This document shows positions 38,735 through 49,722 of a stretch of 64,000 nt of DNA, in pieces. The stretch comes from Podarcis filfolensis. Taxonomy: Eukaryota. Numbering within the stretch: the stretch's first letter is position 1; every line of letters begins with the position of its first letter. The notes below the pieces were generated by a model. That model saw only the letters and a list, made by a program, of their open reading frames with translations, did not search any database and was not told the origin of the DNA. The stretch is from the NCBI GenBank assembly GCA_964270895.1, contig OZ185442.1; one strand, written 5' to 3'. The translations under genes and the position numbers were made by a program.

Positions 38735-38801
38735 ACCTTCTTTACCTTACCACCCCCATTCCCACTTTTTGCTAAGTTGCAATGAACCCCAAGGATTGTA
38801 C

Positions 38802-38822
38802 CTTACTCATACCGGTCCCCAT
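38802..38822 (-). CDS. dusp22a: DUSP22-like phosphatase, coding exon 1 (MGTGMSK, N-myristoylation motif)
   Basis: GGTGGC-ATG GGG ACC GGT ATG AGT AAG|GTACAA; 21 nt. The seven exons sum to 648 nt (215 aa plus stop) with all phases compatible. Confidence 0.88.
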
Positions 38823-39078
38823 GCCACCTTTGAGTTCCTCAGCAGGCAGGCTCACACACAAAACCCACAGTTGCTCATTCCAGTTTCCCTGTTTGTCACC
38901 AGGGCACTGCAAAACAAGGAGAGAAAAGGGAGGGAAACACCCTTATAACTGAGACTTGCTTTCCTCCTCTGACTCATTCCGAAAGGTGCGTTTATCTGCT
39001 GAGGAGTGTTATGGGCCAGGAAGAGCATGCGCTGGTTATTATGGGGTGGGGACTTGCAGGAAATCTCCGTACACTTAC

Positions 39079-39140
39079 CAGCTTTGCCGCATCTGAAGTG
39101 GGAGGACAGAATACCAGGCAGGAACTGACACACACAGAGA
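39079..39140 (-). other. Putative upstream non-coding exon of the DUSP22-like gene (5' boundary uncertain)
   Basis: Consensus donor CTG|GTAAGT (GT 39078-39077) pairs with a strong acceptor CCCTTTTCTCTCCTTGTTTTGCAG| (AG 38908-38907), defining a 172-nt 5' UTR intron. TGACGTAA (39224-39231) and E-box CAGCTG (39233-39238) lie upstream. Confidence 0.55.
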
Positions 39141-42100
39141 GAGAAGCAGCGGTGTTAATATTAAGGGTCACAACAGGACACGGAGGAATGGGGACTCGGG
39201 ATTCTCACCAAGATCTGCAGATCTTACGTCACCAGCTGTGACATGGGATCCTTGGTCAGTTGCTGGCGGATTCCTGTGTGGGGCATCGATGCTTGTCACA
39301 CAAACACACACACTCCCCTCCCATCTCTGCTTCATGAGTCACTGTGCTACAGCTGTTGCTGCCAAGTGAAATGTCTAACATACTGTTGCAATGCAGAGGT
39401 TCTGCCTTACTGAAAAAGACAAAAAGAGGGGAAATCAACATCACCCTAAACAAACTTGGGGAAGGGGGGGCGTTAATGGAAACAGCTGTCCCCCCAGCCT
39501 TTGCTTATCACAGAAACCCTTCAAAATCTGCACTGCTCTGGATTTTGCACCGCAGCTGCCCAGCCCAGTAATGTGTGCAGACATTGCATTGTGTGCAGGC
39601 TTGAGTCAATGTATATATTGATATTAGGGGCTTCCCCCCCACCCCACTTGCTCTGCCCGCCAACTCTGCCTACTCATTTGCCAGCCACCCTTCCCCCACC
39701 CCTGACCACCCTTTACCCCTCACCCATCCCCTTGCCTCCCCCACCGGCACCAGTTTGCTCCCAGCCCCCTTCTCTTTTAAAGGAGGGAAGAGGCGCTTCA
39801 CAGTGTGACTTGCTAAACCACTGTGTGAAGCACCTCCCACTTCCATTTAACCTCCCTTACATTTTTATGTATAAAGGAAGAAAAGTAATGTACAAAAAAA
39901 TGCATTGCATTGGGGTTTGGTTTTGTTTTTTGCAAAAATGTGTATACTTTGCATACAAAAATGGGTTAGGGGGGAATAGGCTTGAATTTCATGTTTTTAA
40001 AATATATATATTTTTTAAAAATATAATTGCAAACTGATGCAGCAATGTGGAAAACTGAACTTAGGTTTGGAAAAATGAGAAAGTAAAATTGTCATTTGCC
40101 CATTCCTACCTCTTAGGTAAAGGCTCCAGTTGGGCTGCTCTGGAGTCGTGCTAGGAGCTTCCTCGGAGACGGCAGCAAAGCGTCATCCGCCAGCAGAGGC
40201 ATCAGCTCCTTTCTGCTGCAGTCATGCTTTCTTTGGCCAAAATACCTTCATTCATTCCTTGCTTGCATCTTTCCAAAGCCAGCCTCCAAAGAAAGGAAGT
40301 GGGAAAGGGACCTCTGTTTTGGTACATTATCAGGATTCACCTGAAGAGGGTGCTGTTGCAGAGGCCAGCCGGCCTCTCTCACAGGGATTTAGAAAGCAGG
40401 TCAGCGACTGTAGAGTCAGTGAAGGCAGCTAGTGCTATTTTCAGGCACAAGCCACTGGGCAAAGCACTTCAGCTCAGAGGGTAACCTCCCCCACCCAAGC
40501 GATCCTTATATTGCTAGGCTGCAAGGGACACAGGACGCAGCTGGCTTATTAGCTGACCTGCAAATCCGTAGCACCAGGGAATGAACTGCAAAATGCTATT
40601 CACAACAAGAGAGGTGGTGTGGTGTAGTGGTTAAAAGCATCAGACTTAAGAGCTAAGTGCCTAGGGCTGAAATCCTGTCCCTTCTCAGCCATGCTCACTG
40701 GCTATCCTTGGGCCAGCCATGGTCTCTTAGCCTAACCTACCTCACAGGACTGTTGTGAGGAGAAAGTAGGAGGGGAACCCTGTACACAACCTGGAGCTCC
40801 TTGGACAAAAGGTGGGGTATAGATGTAATAAAATAGTATAAAGGGGGCTGACAAGAGCCGGTAAGGCTGATTCACACATATGTCAATACACCACCTGAAT
40901 GCGACAAAATTTGAAATCCTTCTCATGCAGTAATAGTGATAGGATCATTCATGGTCCCGCAGCTGTATTCTGCAGATGTGAACCTTTACAGCTATGCAAA
41001 CAGCCCGTGCGATCTATAGTAGCTTACGGCTTTTGTTGCTGTGCATGAACAAGCATCAGTCACATTCACTTTCAGCTCAATATGCAGGTCAAGGGAAGAA
41101 CAGCAGGAGTGACCCCTCCCACCCCTTCCTCTTCTCTGTGCATTGATTCTCCATGGAATTTCGGGGGGGGGGGGGCTCCCAACTGACTGCATGTACTACA
41201 CACACAAAATCAGGTATGAGAGTTCCATCAGAAGCACTAGAGATTATCTGTCACTAGGCCTGCTCCTATCTTGGATTGTTTACAAGCTACACTAAAGAGC
41301 ACCAAGGTATTAGGAATTAGCATTCACAGATGGATTTCTCAAAGTAGTGTCACGGCATCTAAAACTGTCTATAGAGGCAGATCGCAACATAGATAAGATC
41401 TAATGCAATGTAGTCATATTTTTTTCTGCCGCCATTGTGACTTATCACTGCCATCAAGCAGCTCCCTTTGCCAGCTCAGCCACACACATACCCTGTGGGA
41501 AGCCAAAGGCAAGGTGGTGCCAACCTTTGGGAAGGCTTCCAGAAGGTCAGCCCTCAGGCAACAGCTTTGCTGCATTGCAGTAGCAGAAGCTGCTGAGCAC
41601 TTGGTGCAGAAATTGAGCTAATTCAGGGCAGCAGCATCCGAACCTATAGGCATCGTTGAAGCCAGATTTATTGCCTACATTGTGTTCTGCACACTCTCAA
41701 GTTTTATGCAGAATGAGAGGTGTGGTTTCCCTGCTGATTACAATCTGTGGCATAGTGCATGTTGACGTGTCATGCAGCGGTCCTGCCTTTCAGCATGCAC
41801 TCAAAAGAACACAGAATCGTTTTTTTGCCAGGCCATTTCTGCTGCCGTGGTTTGACAACTCCAAGCACTAAGTGCTTATTAAAAATGCATCAGCACACTA
41901 GATGCTTCCAGAGTTGCTGGATCACATAAGATGCATTTGGTATTTCAGCAGCCAGAATCTCCCTGAGATATTTTTTAAAAAGATTATCTCCAAGAGATGG
42001 TCACAAAGTCCTTTTCTTTTTTTTAATTTCAACTTTTAATCTTGCTGTGTAGATTTTACATCTAAAAATATAGCAAGAGGGACAATTTATACTTCCTTGG

Positions 42101-42143
42101 ACCCTAGAACAAAGCAGAATAAACTTGTCAAGCAAACCAAACA

Positions 42144-42149
42144 TTTATT
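42144..42149 (-). terminator. COX4I1: COX4I1 polyadenylation signal
   Basis: AATAAA on the minus strand about 130 nt after the stop. Confidence 0.7.
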
Positions 42150-42275
42150 AAAGGTTTCTCTTTCAATAGAGGGGTATTTTCTTCCCCATACACAGAAGCA
42201 GCGAGGTCACATGGAGATGAAGGAATGGTTTCAACATTTCAAGCCAGAACAGGAGTGGCGATCCCTGGAGTGCAT

Positions 42276-42412
42276 TTATTTTTTCCATTCATTCTTTTCG
42301 TAGTCCCACTTGTTTGAGAAGCCGTCAATTGGGTTCACTCTCATATCTAACATTCTTTTGGTCTGCATGGCCTTCCACTCATCTGTGAAAGTGTGAGGGA
42401 TTGGCCCAAAAA
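42276..42412 (-). CDS. COX4I1: Cytochrome c oxidase subunit 4 isoform 1, last coding exon
   Basis: (V)[44 protein letters not shown]; 137 nt; TTTACAG acceptor. Confidence 0.97.
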
Positions 42413-43079
42413 CTGTAAATTGAAAAGCAAATTACAATAAGCTCATGACATCTCCAATTTGTCAACAGTAAGAAGTACATTCCATCCAAGCTTTCCCCAA
42501 GCCTAGAAACAATAGAACTTATTTGCTTCCCAAAAGGATGCAGAGATGAATGCCCACTCCACAGTTAACTCACAGCAGGGGTTTCAAGTGCGTCTGTCAC
42601 TGTTTTGTGGAACAGCATCCTAGGAGAGATCCGACAGGCACCCTCCATTTGTATTTTCTACAAACAACTGAATAATTTTTTTGTTTCAACAAGCTTTTTC
42701 CGGCAGGATGTTTTTAAGTCTCTCTGCGGCTTTTTTTTTTTTTTTTTTTTTTTGGTACTGTTTTGAAAACTACTTTAGTTGTTTTTATTGTACGTTTGTA
42801 AATTGTTTTGTGGCTTATGTGAAAGGAGATTCATAAATAAAAAGTATCTGCACATCTGATGACAGCAAGTCATTTAGAGACTTTATATTTTAGCATCCAA
42901 CTACCACCATCTGGCTTAAGACCTCTGAACAGAGACACAACGCTCTGTGCGAGTCAAAAGCTCAATGCTCTCTCAGCATTATCTGGCCCAGGTACATTTG
43001 AAAGCCACCTCTGCTCTGCCTTCAGAACTAAAACATGAAAACATCTCACAAACATCTTTTGGCCACATAATAAATAATA

Positions 43080-43560
43080 ATATTTTTTTATTTATTCCCC
43101 GCCCTTTCTGGTTTAAAAACCAGGCTCAGGGCGGCTAACAGCAAATATAAAACACTGATTTAAATGTATTAAAACAGCATAAAATACAACATAAATGCAG
43201 CATCAATGTCAATAAAATTCTAAAATTTAGGGGTCATGGCGGGGGGGGGGTGGAAACCCCAGTCAGTAGACATCAAATGATCACCAGGGCTAACTAAGTT
43301 GGTCCTACTAGGGCCAGCAAGGAGACCAAGGAAGAGCTTAAATGTGGGGTCCCAGAAGGGTTTCTTCATAGAAAAGGAAAGGGGAAAGGGAAGAGAGGAT
43401 CAGGCTAATTCAGACTGAAGGCCAGGCGGAATAACTCTGTCTTACAGGCCCTGCAGAAGGAGATCGTCCTGCAGGCCCTAGTCTCATGGGACAGAGCATT
43501 CCACCAGGTCGGAGCCGTCACTGAAAAAGCCCTGGCCCTGGTGGAGGATAGTCAAATCTA
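43080..43560 (-). mobile_element. L2 LINE 3' fragment
   Basis: 'tttattccccgccc...ctcagggcggctaaca' tail and 'agagcattccaccaggtcggagccgtcactgaaaaagccc' ORF end. Confidence 0.75.
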
Positions 43561-44598
43561 GTTTTATGTTAACAGATATTTGTTCCCAGTTCACACTGAA
43601 TTTACTGCATGGCAGCTGAGGTCCACCCAAGGCCTTTTGCTGCCCAAAGCAAAGGGCAAGATGTAGTCGAGGCTGCTGCCTATTGGAACCAACAGTAGGT
43701 GGAGCCAGAGCTAATGACAGGTAGGCCACCCCTCGACTGGTTCTAAGAAAGCAGGCAAACTAAGGTTGGTTGGGCTGTGCCCCATTCACCCTAAGGGTCC
43801 TGCTTCCACTGACCATATGGCACTCGCTCACTCACCCCCATCCCAAGTACCAAAGCTAACTAGACTAGCCACTGAATCTTACTTCCAACACTGGCAATGG
43901 AGCAGTGTCCTCCACACCTCAGGGAAGCAGCCTGGCTTAAAAGGCACAGGACAGGTTGTGTGGCACTCATGACTCTCTCCTCCAAAAGAGGCAGTGGCTG
44001 GTGGATCCAGAAGCAACAGGCAGAGAGATACCATTACTGCCCCCCTCAGTATCTGCTGCCTGAGGAAGTTACCTCTTTGGCCATTGATAGGGCTGGCCCC
44101 AGTAGCAGCTAGTGAGGACTGCACACAATAAACAGAAGGGAATTACTTTCTGTAAATTCAATCACTGACACACCTGTCAAACGACTGTGGACAAATATCC
44201 CATGAAACCAATAATATGATTATGTGGGCGGCAGTTTTAAGTTCTTAAAATCTGATTAGGGCAAACTTTGTCAGAATGGCAGGAGCAAATGCAGCTTGCT
44301 CCTTTGCCCTGCCTTAGCCAGGAACGTACTGATTATTTTGACAACACAGATTGAAGCAAAAAACAGTTGAAGGTAATCCTACTTGGAGAATTAGTCTGAT
44401 GCAGTACCATGCCTGCCTTCTAAAAACCGACTTTTACTTAATCACTAATTTAATGTTATTTTATTTACTGAACTTATATTCCATCCTTCCTCCCAAAGGA
44501 AGGAAACTGTAGGCTAGCCCTGGGTGTAAAAAGGATGAAAACCTACAGAAATGTTAATGAATTGTGCACAGTACTACGTAGTTACTCTAATTCATTTA

Positions 44599-44841
44599 CA
44601 GTGGTACCTTGATTTATGAACTTAATCCATTCCAGAAGTCCGTTCTCAAACCAAAGCATTCTTAAGCCAAGGCGTGCTTTCCCATAGCAGCGCAGGACTC
44701 AATTTACAAATGGAACACACTCAACCAGAAGCGGAACATGTTCTGCTTCCAAGGCAAAGTTCACAAACTACTTCCGGGTTTGTAGCATTCTTAATCCAAG
44801 TTGTTAATAAACTAAGCTGTTCTTAAACCAAGATACCACTG
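44599..44841. mobile_element. Tc1/mariner-pogo-type MITE (third subfamily)
   Basis: TA|CAGTGGTACCTTG...CAAGATACCACTG|TA; TA TSD on both sides. Confidence 0.88.
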
Positions 44842-45745
44842 TATTTGTTTTAGAGTCAGTTTCACTGTTTAAGATACTACCAAAAAAACACCTTGTAATT
44901 ATATTATCATTAGGCTTGATGTTTAAATATTTTGCTGTTCTAAAAATTTGTGCTATGTAATACCTGACTATTATTTGATCAAATCTTTTTTTCTGAGCAG
45001 TCAGGTGCCTAACTCTTAATGGCAAATCAGATTGTCTCCAAGTAATTAAGGCAAGAAAGCTTAACAAATGTTTCAATCTATTGTTGCTTGAGATGGCAAT
45101 AATTTATGTAGCTGAAATGCGAGCAGCTAAGCTAGCAGCTAAGCTAACAACTTTTGTGAAGTTATACACACCCCATCTTTTAAAAGGAAGACTGGAAAAT
45201 AAGCCATCTGGGGCACTCTTGCCCCTATAAGCTTATGGGAGATGGGGATCAGCTACAGATCTACCTGAAGATAGACAAACACCTGAGATTTGCCTGTCCC
45301 TATTATGACAAAGATGAACACAATGTGTTTTTCTGCCCAGGGCCTCCCATATCCTGCTATAGATCCAAAGCCAAGAACCTGTGGCATGAAAAAGAGTGAA
45401 TAGCCCTATACGCTGTTGTGTTGGCTATTAAGCTGCCTTAAGTACAGCCATCATATTATAAAAAAAAGACAGCTCTGAACTGCCAAAGCAGCTTCCCAAG
45501 AGAATACATGGATTTAGGTACTTTAAATTACCAGAGCATAGCAATGATGCTCTTCAATGACTTAAAAGAGCCATATGTTGGCGCAAATACACCTGCAAGT
45601 GTAACTGCTTAGTTCTTCTATATTACTCAGTGCACATGCACACACACCTCTCTCCTTACTCTTGGGATCATAAGACATGCACTTCTCACTTGAGACACCT
45701 TGCTATCTTAATGGTTAAGATGCTCCTTAAATGCCAACTACTTAC

Positions 45746-45877
45746 CATACATCCTTTGCCAAATGACAACAAAAGCAGTGAGGCCTATAAAGAAGAGTGT
45801 CCCACCAAGAATAGTCTTCCATTCAGATGACCCCTTGTTCATTTCAGCAAAGGTCTCATTGAACTTGATGCGGTACA
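45746..45877 (-). CDS. COX4I1: COX4I1 coding exon 3 (transmembrane helix)
   Basis: (L)[43 protein letters not shown](V); 132 nt; AG/GTAAGT. Confidence 0.97.
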
Positions 45878-45989
45878 CTGAAAGGTGGGGAGAAGAGAGG
45901 GTGCAATTGAGATGCTGAAGCTTAAAGTTAGCCAAGCCACCCTGCTTTCCCCTGTTCCAACACAGCCCACCATAACCATAAATACTTAC

Positions 45990-46154
45990 ATGCAACCTTC
46001 TCAGCAGAAGAAAGGGCAGTCCATGATGCCTTCTCTTTCTCCTTCAGGGCCTTCTGCTCCGAAGAGAGACTTTTTGTAAACTGAACTTCAGGCAATGGAA
46101 GATCCCGACGATCAGTGTAAGCTGGCAGGCTGAAATCTTCCGTTTTTGCAATAC
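45990..46154 (-). CDS. COX4I1: COX4I1 coding exon 2
   Basis: (G)[54 protein letters not shown](L); 165 nt; AG/GTAAGT. Confidence 0.97.
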
Positions 46155-46949
46155 CTGTTTGGCAGGGAAAATAAGAGAAATCTCACACAGATACAATCCC
46201 AGGAAGCTTGGAATAGCATAAACCAAACAAAAGTATCAGAGCAGAAGGGCACACACTAAAATTTGAACTGGGCAGTTTCATCTTTTAATTTCTCTTAAGA
46301 AAGGCAGAGACTTTAAAGACATGCTGGTCCTTCACACAAGAGGACCCACAAGTAAAATAAGTTAGTTCTGGAAGCATTATGTCATTATGATGGAATAGAT
46401 GGGGGGCAGGGAACCTGTGGCCCTCCAGGAGTTACTGGACTACAACTCTCATAATCCCTGACCATTGGCCATGCTGCGGTTGTTGGGTTCTATCTCCTAT
46501 CAAGATCACAGGTTCCTCATTCATGGAACAGACGATGGGCTGTAATAAGGTATGTGGCAGATTTAAAGCCATTCAGCTTTTTTCACTTGTATGGGAAAGT
46601 CACTATTTGTCACTCTAATCTATTTTAAAGGAGCTGTTGTGATGAACTATCACGGTATATGCTGAAATGTACTAAACCTATGTGAACAGTTTTAGGATAA
46701 TTAAGTTAAGATGAGATCCAGGGTGAGGTAGTGGTTAAGAGTGTTAGATTAGGATCAGGGAGACCCAGGCTTATATTCCCACACAGCCATGACAGCCCAC
46801 TGGATAGTCTTGGGCCAGTCATGCTCTCTCAGCCTATGTCACAGGATTCTTGTAAAGATAAAACAGGGAAGGGAAAGACCGCTGTATGTCACCTTAAGCT
46901 CTTTCAAAGAGAGGTAGGGTAAAAATGTAATAATAAGCCATCATTTTAC

Positions 46950-47028
46950 CATGCCCATGGGCTCTCACACAGACTGAAGTGGAAATGGCCCGCTTGCCAA
47001 GAAGACTAAATGCCCGAGAAGCCAACAT
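46950..47028 (-). CDS. COX4I1: COX4I1 coding exon 1 (mitochondrial targeting presequence)
   Basis: MLASRAFSLLGKRAISTSVCVRAHGH(G); acceptor TTTCAG|G-ATG, donor GTAAAA; total CDS 513 nt = 170 aa. Confidence 0.97.
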
Positions 47029-47399
47029 CCTGAAAGAGAAAAAAGGTACAATGTTATATATCAGACTGAATCCAGAAAAAGTAATTTTCCTTCTGTGTTA
47101 CAAGTACCATTGGCAGTTTCTTGCAAAACACTGTCCACATGTCATTTCTTGCAGCATTGTCTTTCTTGCAAAATACAGTGCTGGAATCTCAAAACTCTAA
47201 TGACCATCCAGCAAACCAAAATGTAGCCTACTGAGTAACATTTGGAGAAGATGCAGACTTAGGTTTTAAGGGCATAAGATAGAAGGCATCAACAAGCAAC
47301 AGACTCCCAACTCCTCTCCCAAGGACTATCAACAGTTTCTGCATTCAACTAATCAACCTCTCACAAACAAAGAGCTGGAAGGGAAAATCTTCCACCCAC

Positions 47400-48100
47400 A
47401 GGCGACAACAAAAAAATCAGAGGAAGGGTGGTTGCAGCTACAGAGTTAAAACTGAATGTAAGCTTCTGCACAGCATCCTCCTTTTTAAAACAATCTGGGA
47501 CAACAGATACCTGGGATTTTCTATGCTCTGCTTTCAATATATTTGCAGCAATTGCATATACACATTGCAAGAAGGGCAATAAGCATCCCACACATTTAAT
47601 GGATAAACAAGCATAGAACTGCAGCCCAGTGTGTCTTCCCAACAGGTTGTCAAGTAGCCTGGAGGGAAAATGCAACTCTGTTCCAATTCATCTAAGAAAT
47701 AAATCATAATGATCTTGGTATCATCAATATCAAAAGCATGGAGGTGGTGATACAAGAGAGAATTTTCTGTGGTTGCTCCCATATTGTGGAATTCTCCCCC
47801 AACAGAAGATAGATTGGCTCCTTCCTTGGTATCATTCTTCCAGCAGGCTAAGACCTTCCTATTCAGACAGGTCATTGAAAACTAGGTGCAGACAATGTTG
47901 ACCACTTGGTTGCTACAAGGGCAATTATTATTTCTATGCTATTTTAAATTTGTTGTATTTGTTTGTTAACTATTGTTTTTAACTAGTTTGTTTTTGTTCC
48001 TTTGTATTTTAGAAGGATGTTTTCAATATGTAGTGAGCAGCCTTGAGTCCCAATTTGGGAGAAAGGCAGGATATAAATACATTAAATAATAGTAATAAAA
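47400..48100 (+). mobile_element. L2 LINE 3' fragment, degenerate
   Basis: 'gttgctcccatattgtggaattctccccc...aagaccttcctattcagacagg' and 'agcagccttgagtccc...gggagaaaggcaggatataaata' tail. Confidence 0.6.
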
Positions 48101-48819
48101 CTTTTCATGCCATAGAGAAGCATTACCACTTGTTAATTGCTATTATTAACAGGTTATGGGATATCTCCCGAGTTGACAACCCAACTTCCCAAAAGGAAGG
48201 AACCCAAAATATTTGTAACATTTTGTTACTTTCCAGAGTAGGGGTAGGGAACATGCAGCCCTCCAGTTGTTATGGGAGGACAACTCCATCTGCTCCAGCT
48301 TGCATGACCAGTAGTCAGGGATAACAGGAGTTGCAGTTTAGCAGCATCTAGCTGGCCACAAGCACCTCACTCCTCTTCAACCCTGAACATATATACTCAG
48401 ATGTAAGCCCCACTGTACTCAACAGGCTAGTGGACAGAGAGGCTTTCAGCATTGATTATGTACTTCCTCAAAAAAGGCTCCACAATGCAGGATTTAGACA
48501 CATGCATAAGGCTGGGCCTTACAGGTGTAAACAATGGCACTTTTACTTTCCTGCATCCTATGCATGAGGCGGGGCTAAAATGCTTCTGAGTGTTTACCTG
48601 GGAGCAAACCCCAGTCAGATCAGTGGGGCTTATCTCTGAATAAGGGTTGGTCCATTAAACCCCAATGAGTGAAATGGGGCTTACTCCCAGGTAAGCGTGC
48701 AAAGGGAGACATGTACCTGCCTGCCTGCCCCCTCGTCTCTCCCAGGGCAACTACCAGCATCTTTTCCATTCTCCATCACCAACCCCAATCAGGATACCCC
48801 AATCAACCCGGAAACCCCA

Positions 48820-49190
48820 ATTAAGCAGGATGCCTTCCTTCTCCCCCTCCTCCCCGCAACTCCCCACTCCCCCCACAGGCCCTCCCCCTCACTCTTCTCC
48901 GTGGAAGCGGAGCCCCTCCCTCACCTGCCACCACAAACCCGAGGCAGCTCGTGTCCTCTAAACCCCGCAGAATGAGGACGGAAAGAGGGAAGGAGAGAGA
49001 AGCGGAAACGCAAGGCAGCATGGGATAGCGACGGACCAAGCAGCCAAGAGGGCGGAAGTCCCTCCTCCCAGGAGGTGCCTAAAGCCTTCCGCCGCGAAGC
49101 ATGACGGGATACGACGAAAGACATAGATAGATATAGGAAAATGTAAAGTAATCAGGTATCGTTTACCCCATGGGGTGATTTCCGCGTTAA
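48820..49190 (-). promoter_or_regulatory. COX4I1: COX4I1 CpG-rich promoter with ETS-like GGAA cores
   Basis: CpG-dense; GCGGAAAC 49002-49009, GCGGAAGT 49052-49059, CTTCCGC 49086-49092. Confidence 0.65.
48925..49002 (-). other. COX4I1: COX4I1 non-coding exon 1 with pyrimidine-rich (TCT/TOP-like) start
   Basis: Ends GGTGGCAG|GTGAGG (GT 48924-48923); starts in CTTCTCTCTCCTTCCCTCTTTCC; inside a CpG-rich patch. Confidence 0.75.
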
Positions 49191-49722
49191 CATCAAGAAC
49201 ATCCAGCTTCATTGAATTGACCTTCCAGAATGAAAAGAGAGAATCTTCTCTCTATCCACTTACTTCGCACCGTGAATAACCTCTAAAAGTCGCTCCTTGT
49301 CTTTTCTACCCTAAACTACTAGTAGTCCAAAACGTGTAGGGCACAGGGCTGGTGAAGTCTGCTATAGAAAAAGTACAGAGAAATATAGAACTGTTGTTTA
49401 CCTGTGATTGGGTAGCAATGCTCTCTATCAAAAACTCCAAAAGTTTTTTTACTGGAAGAAGGAAAGGCAAAAAAAGAGATTCAAAAGCAACTTAGAAGGT
49501 GGTTTTTCAGACAATTGTGTGTGTCACTCTTCCTTTTTTCTATTTCGGAGGGGCAGGGAGAATAAATTTCCAAAGTGCAGTTCACAATACATAAGACCTC
49601 AATTTAGATGCAATGTTAACTGCTCTCTTTGCTTCTACGGGGAGGGAGAGATATCCCGCCTAATAGTAATGTAGCTACGCTAAAGTCCTTTATTTTCTCC
49701 ACTTTCCAGAGGAGTAACAGAA

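Noticed and set aside
39501-40037. 178-aa proline-rich ORF
   Set aside because: It arises from C-tract low complexity, with no splice or homology support.
42274-42281. AATAAA overlapping the COX4I1 stop codon
   Set aside because: It is a by-product of AAA AAA TAA; the downstream AATAAA at 42144-42149 is better placed.
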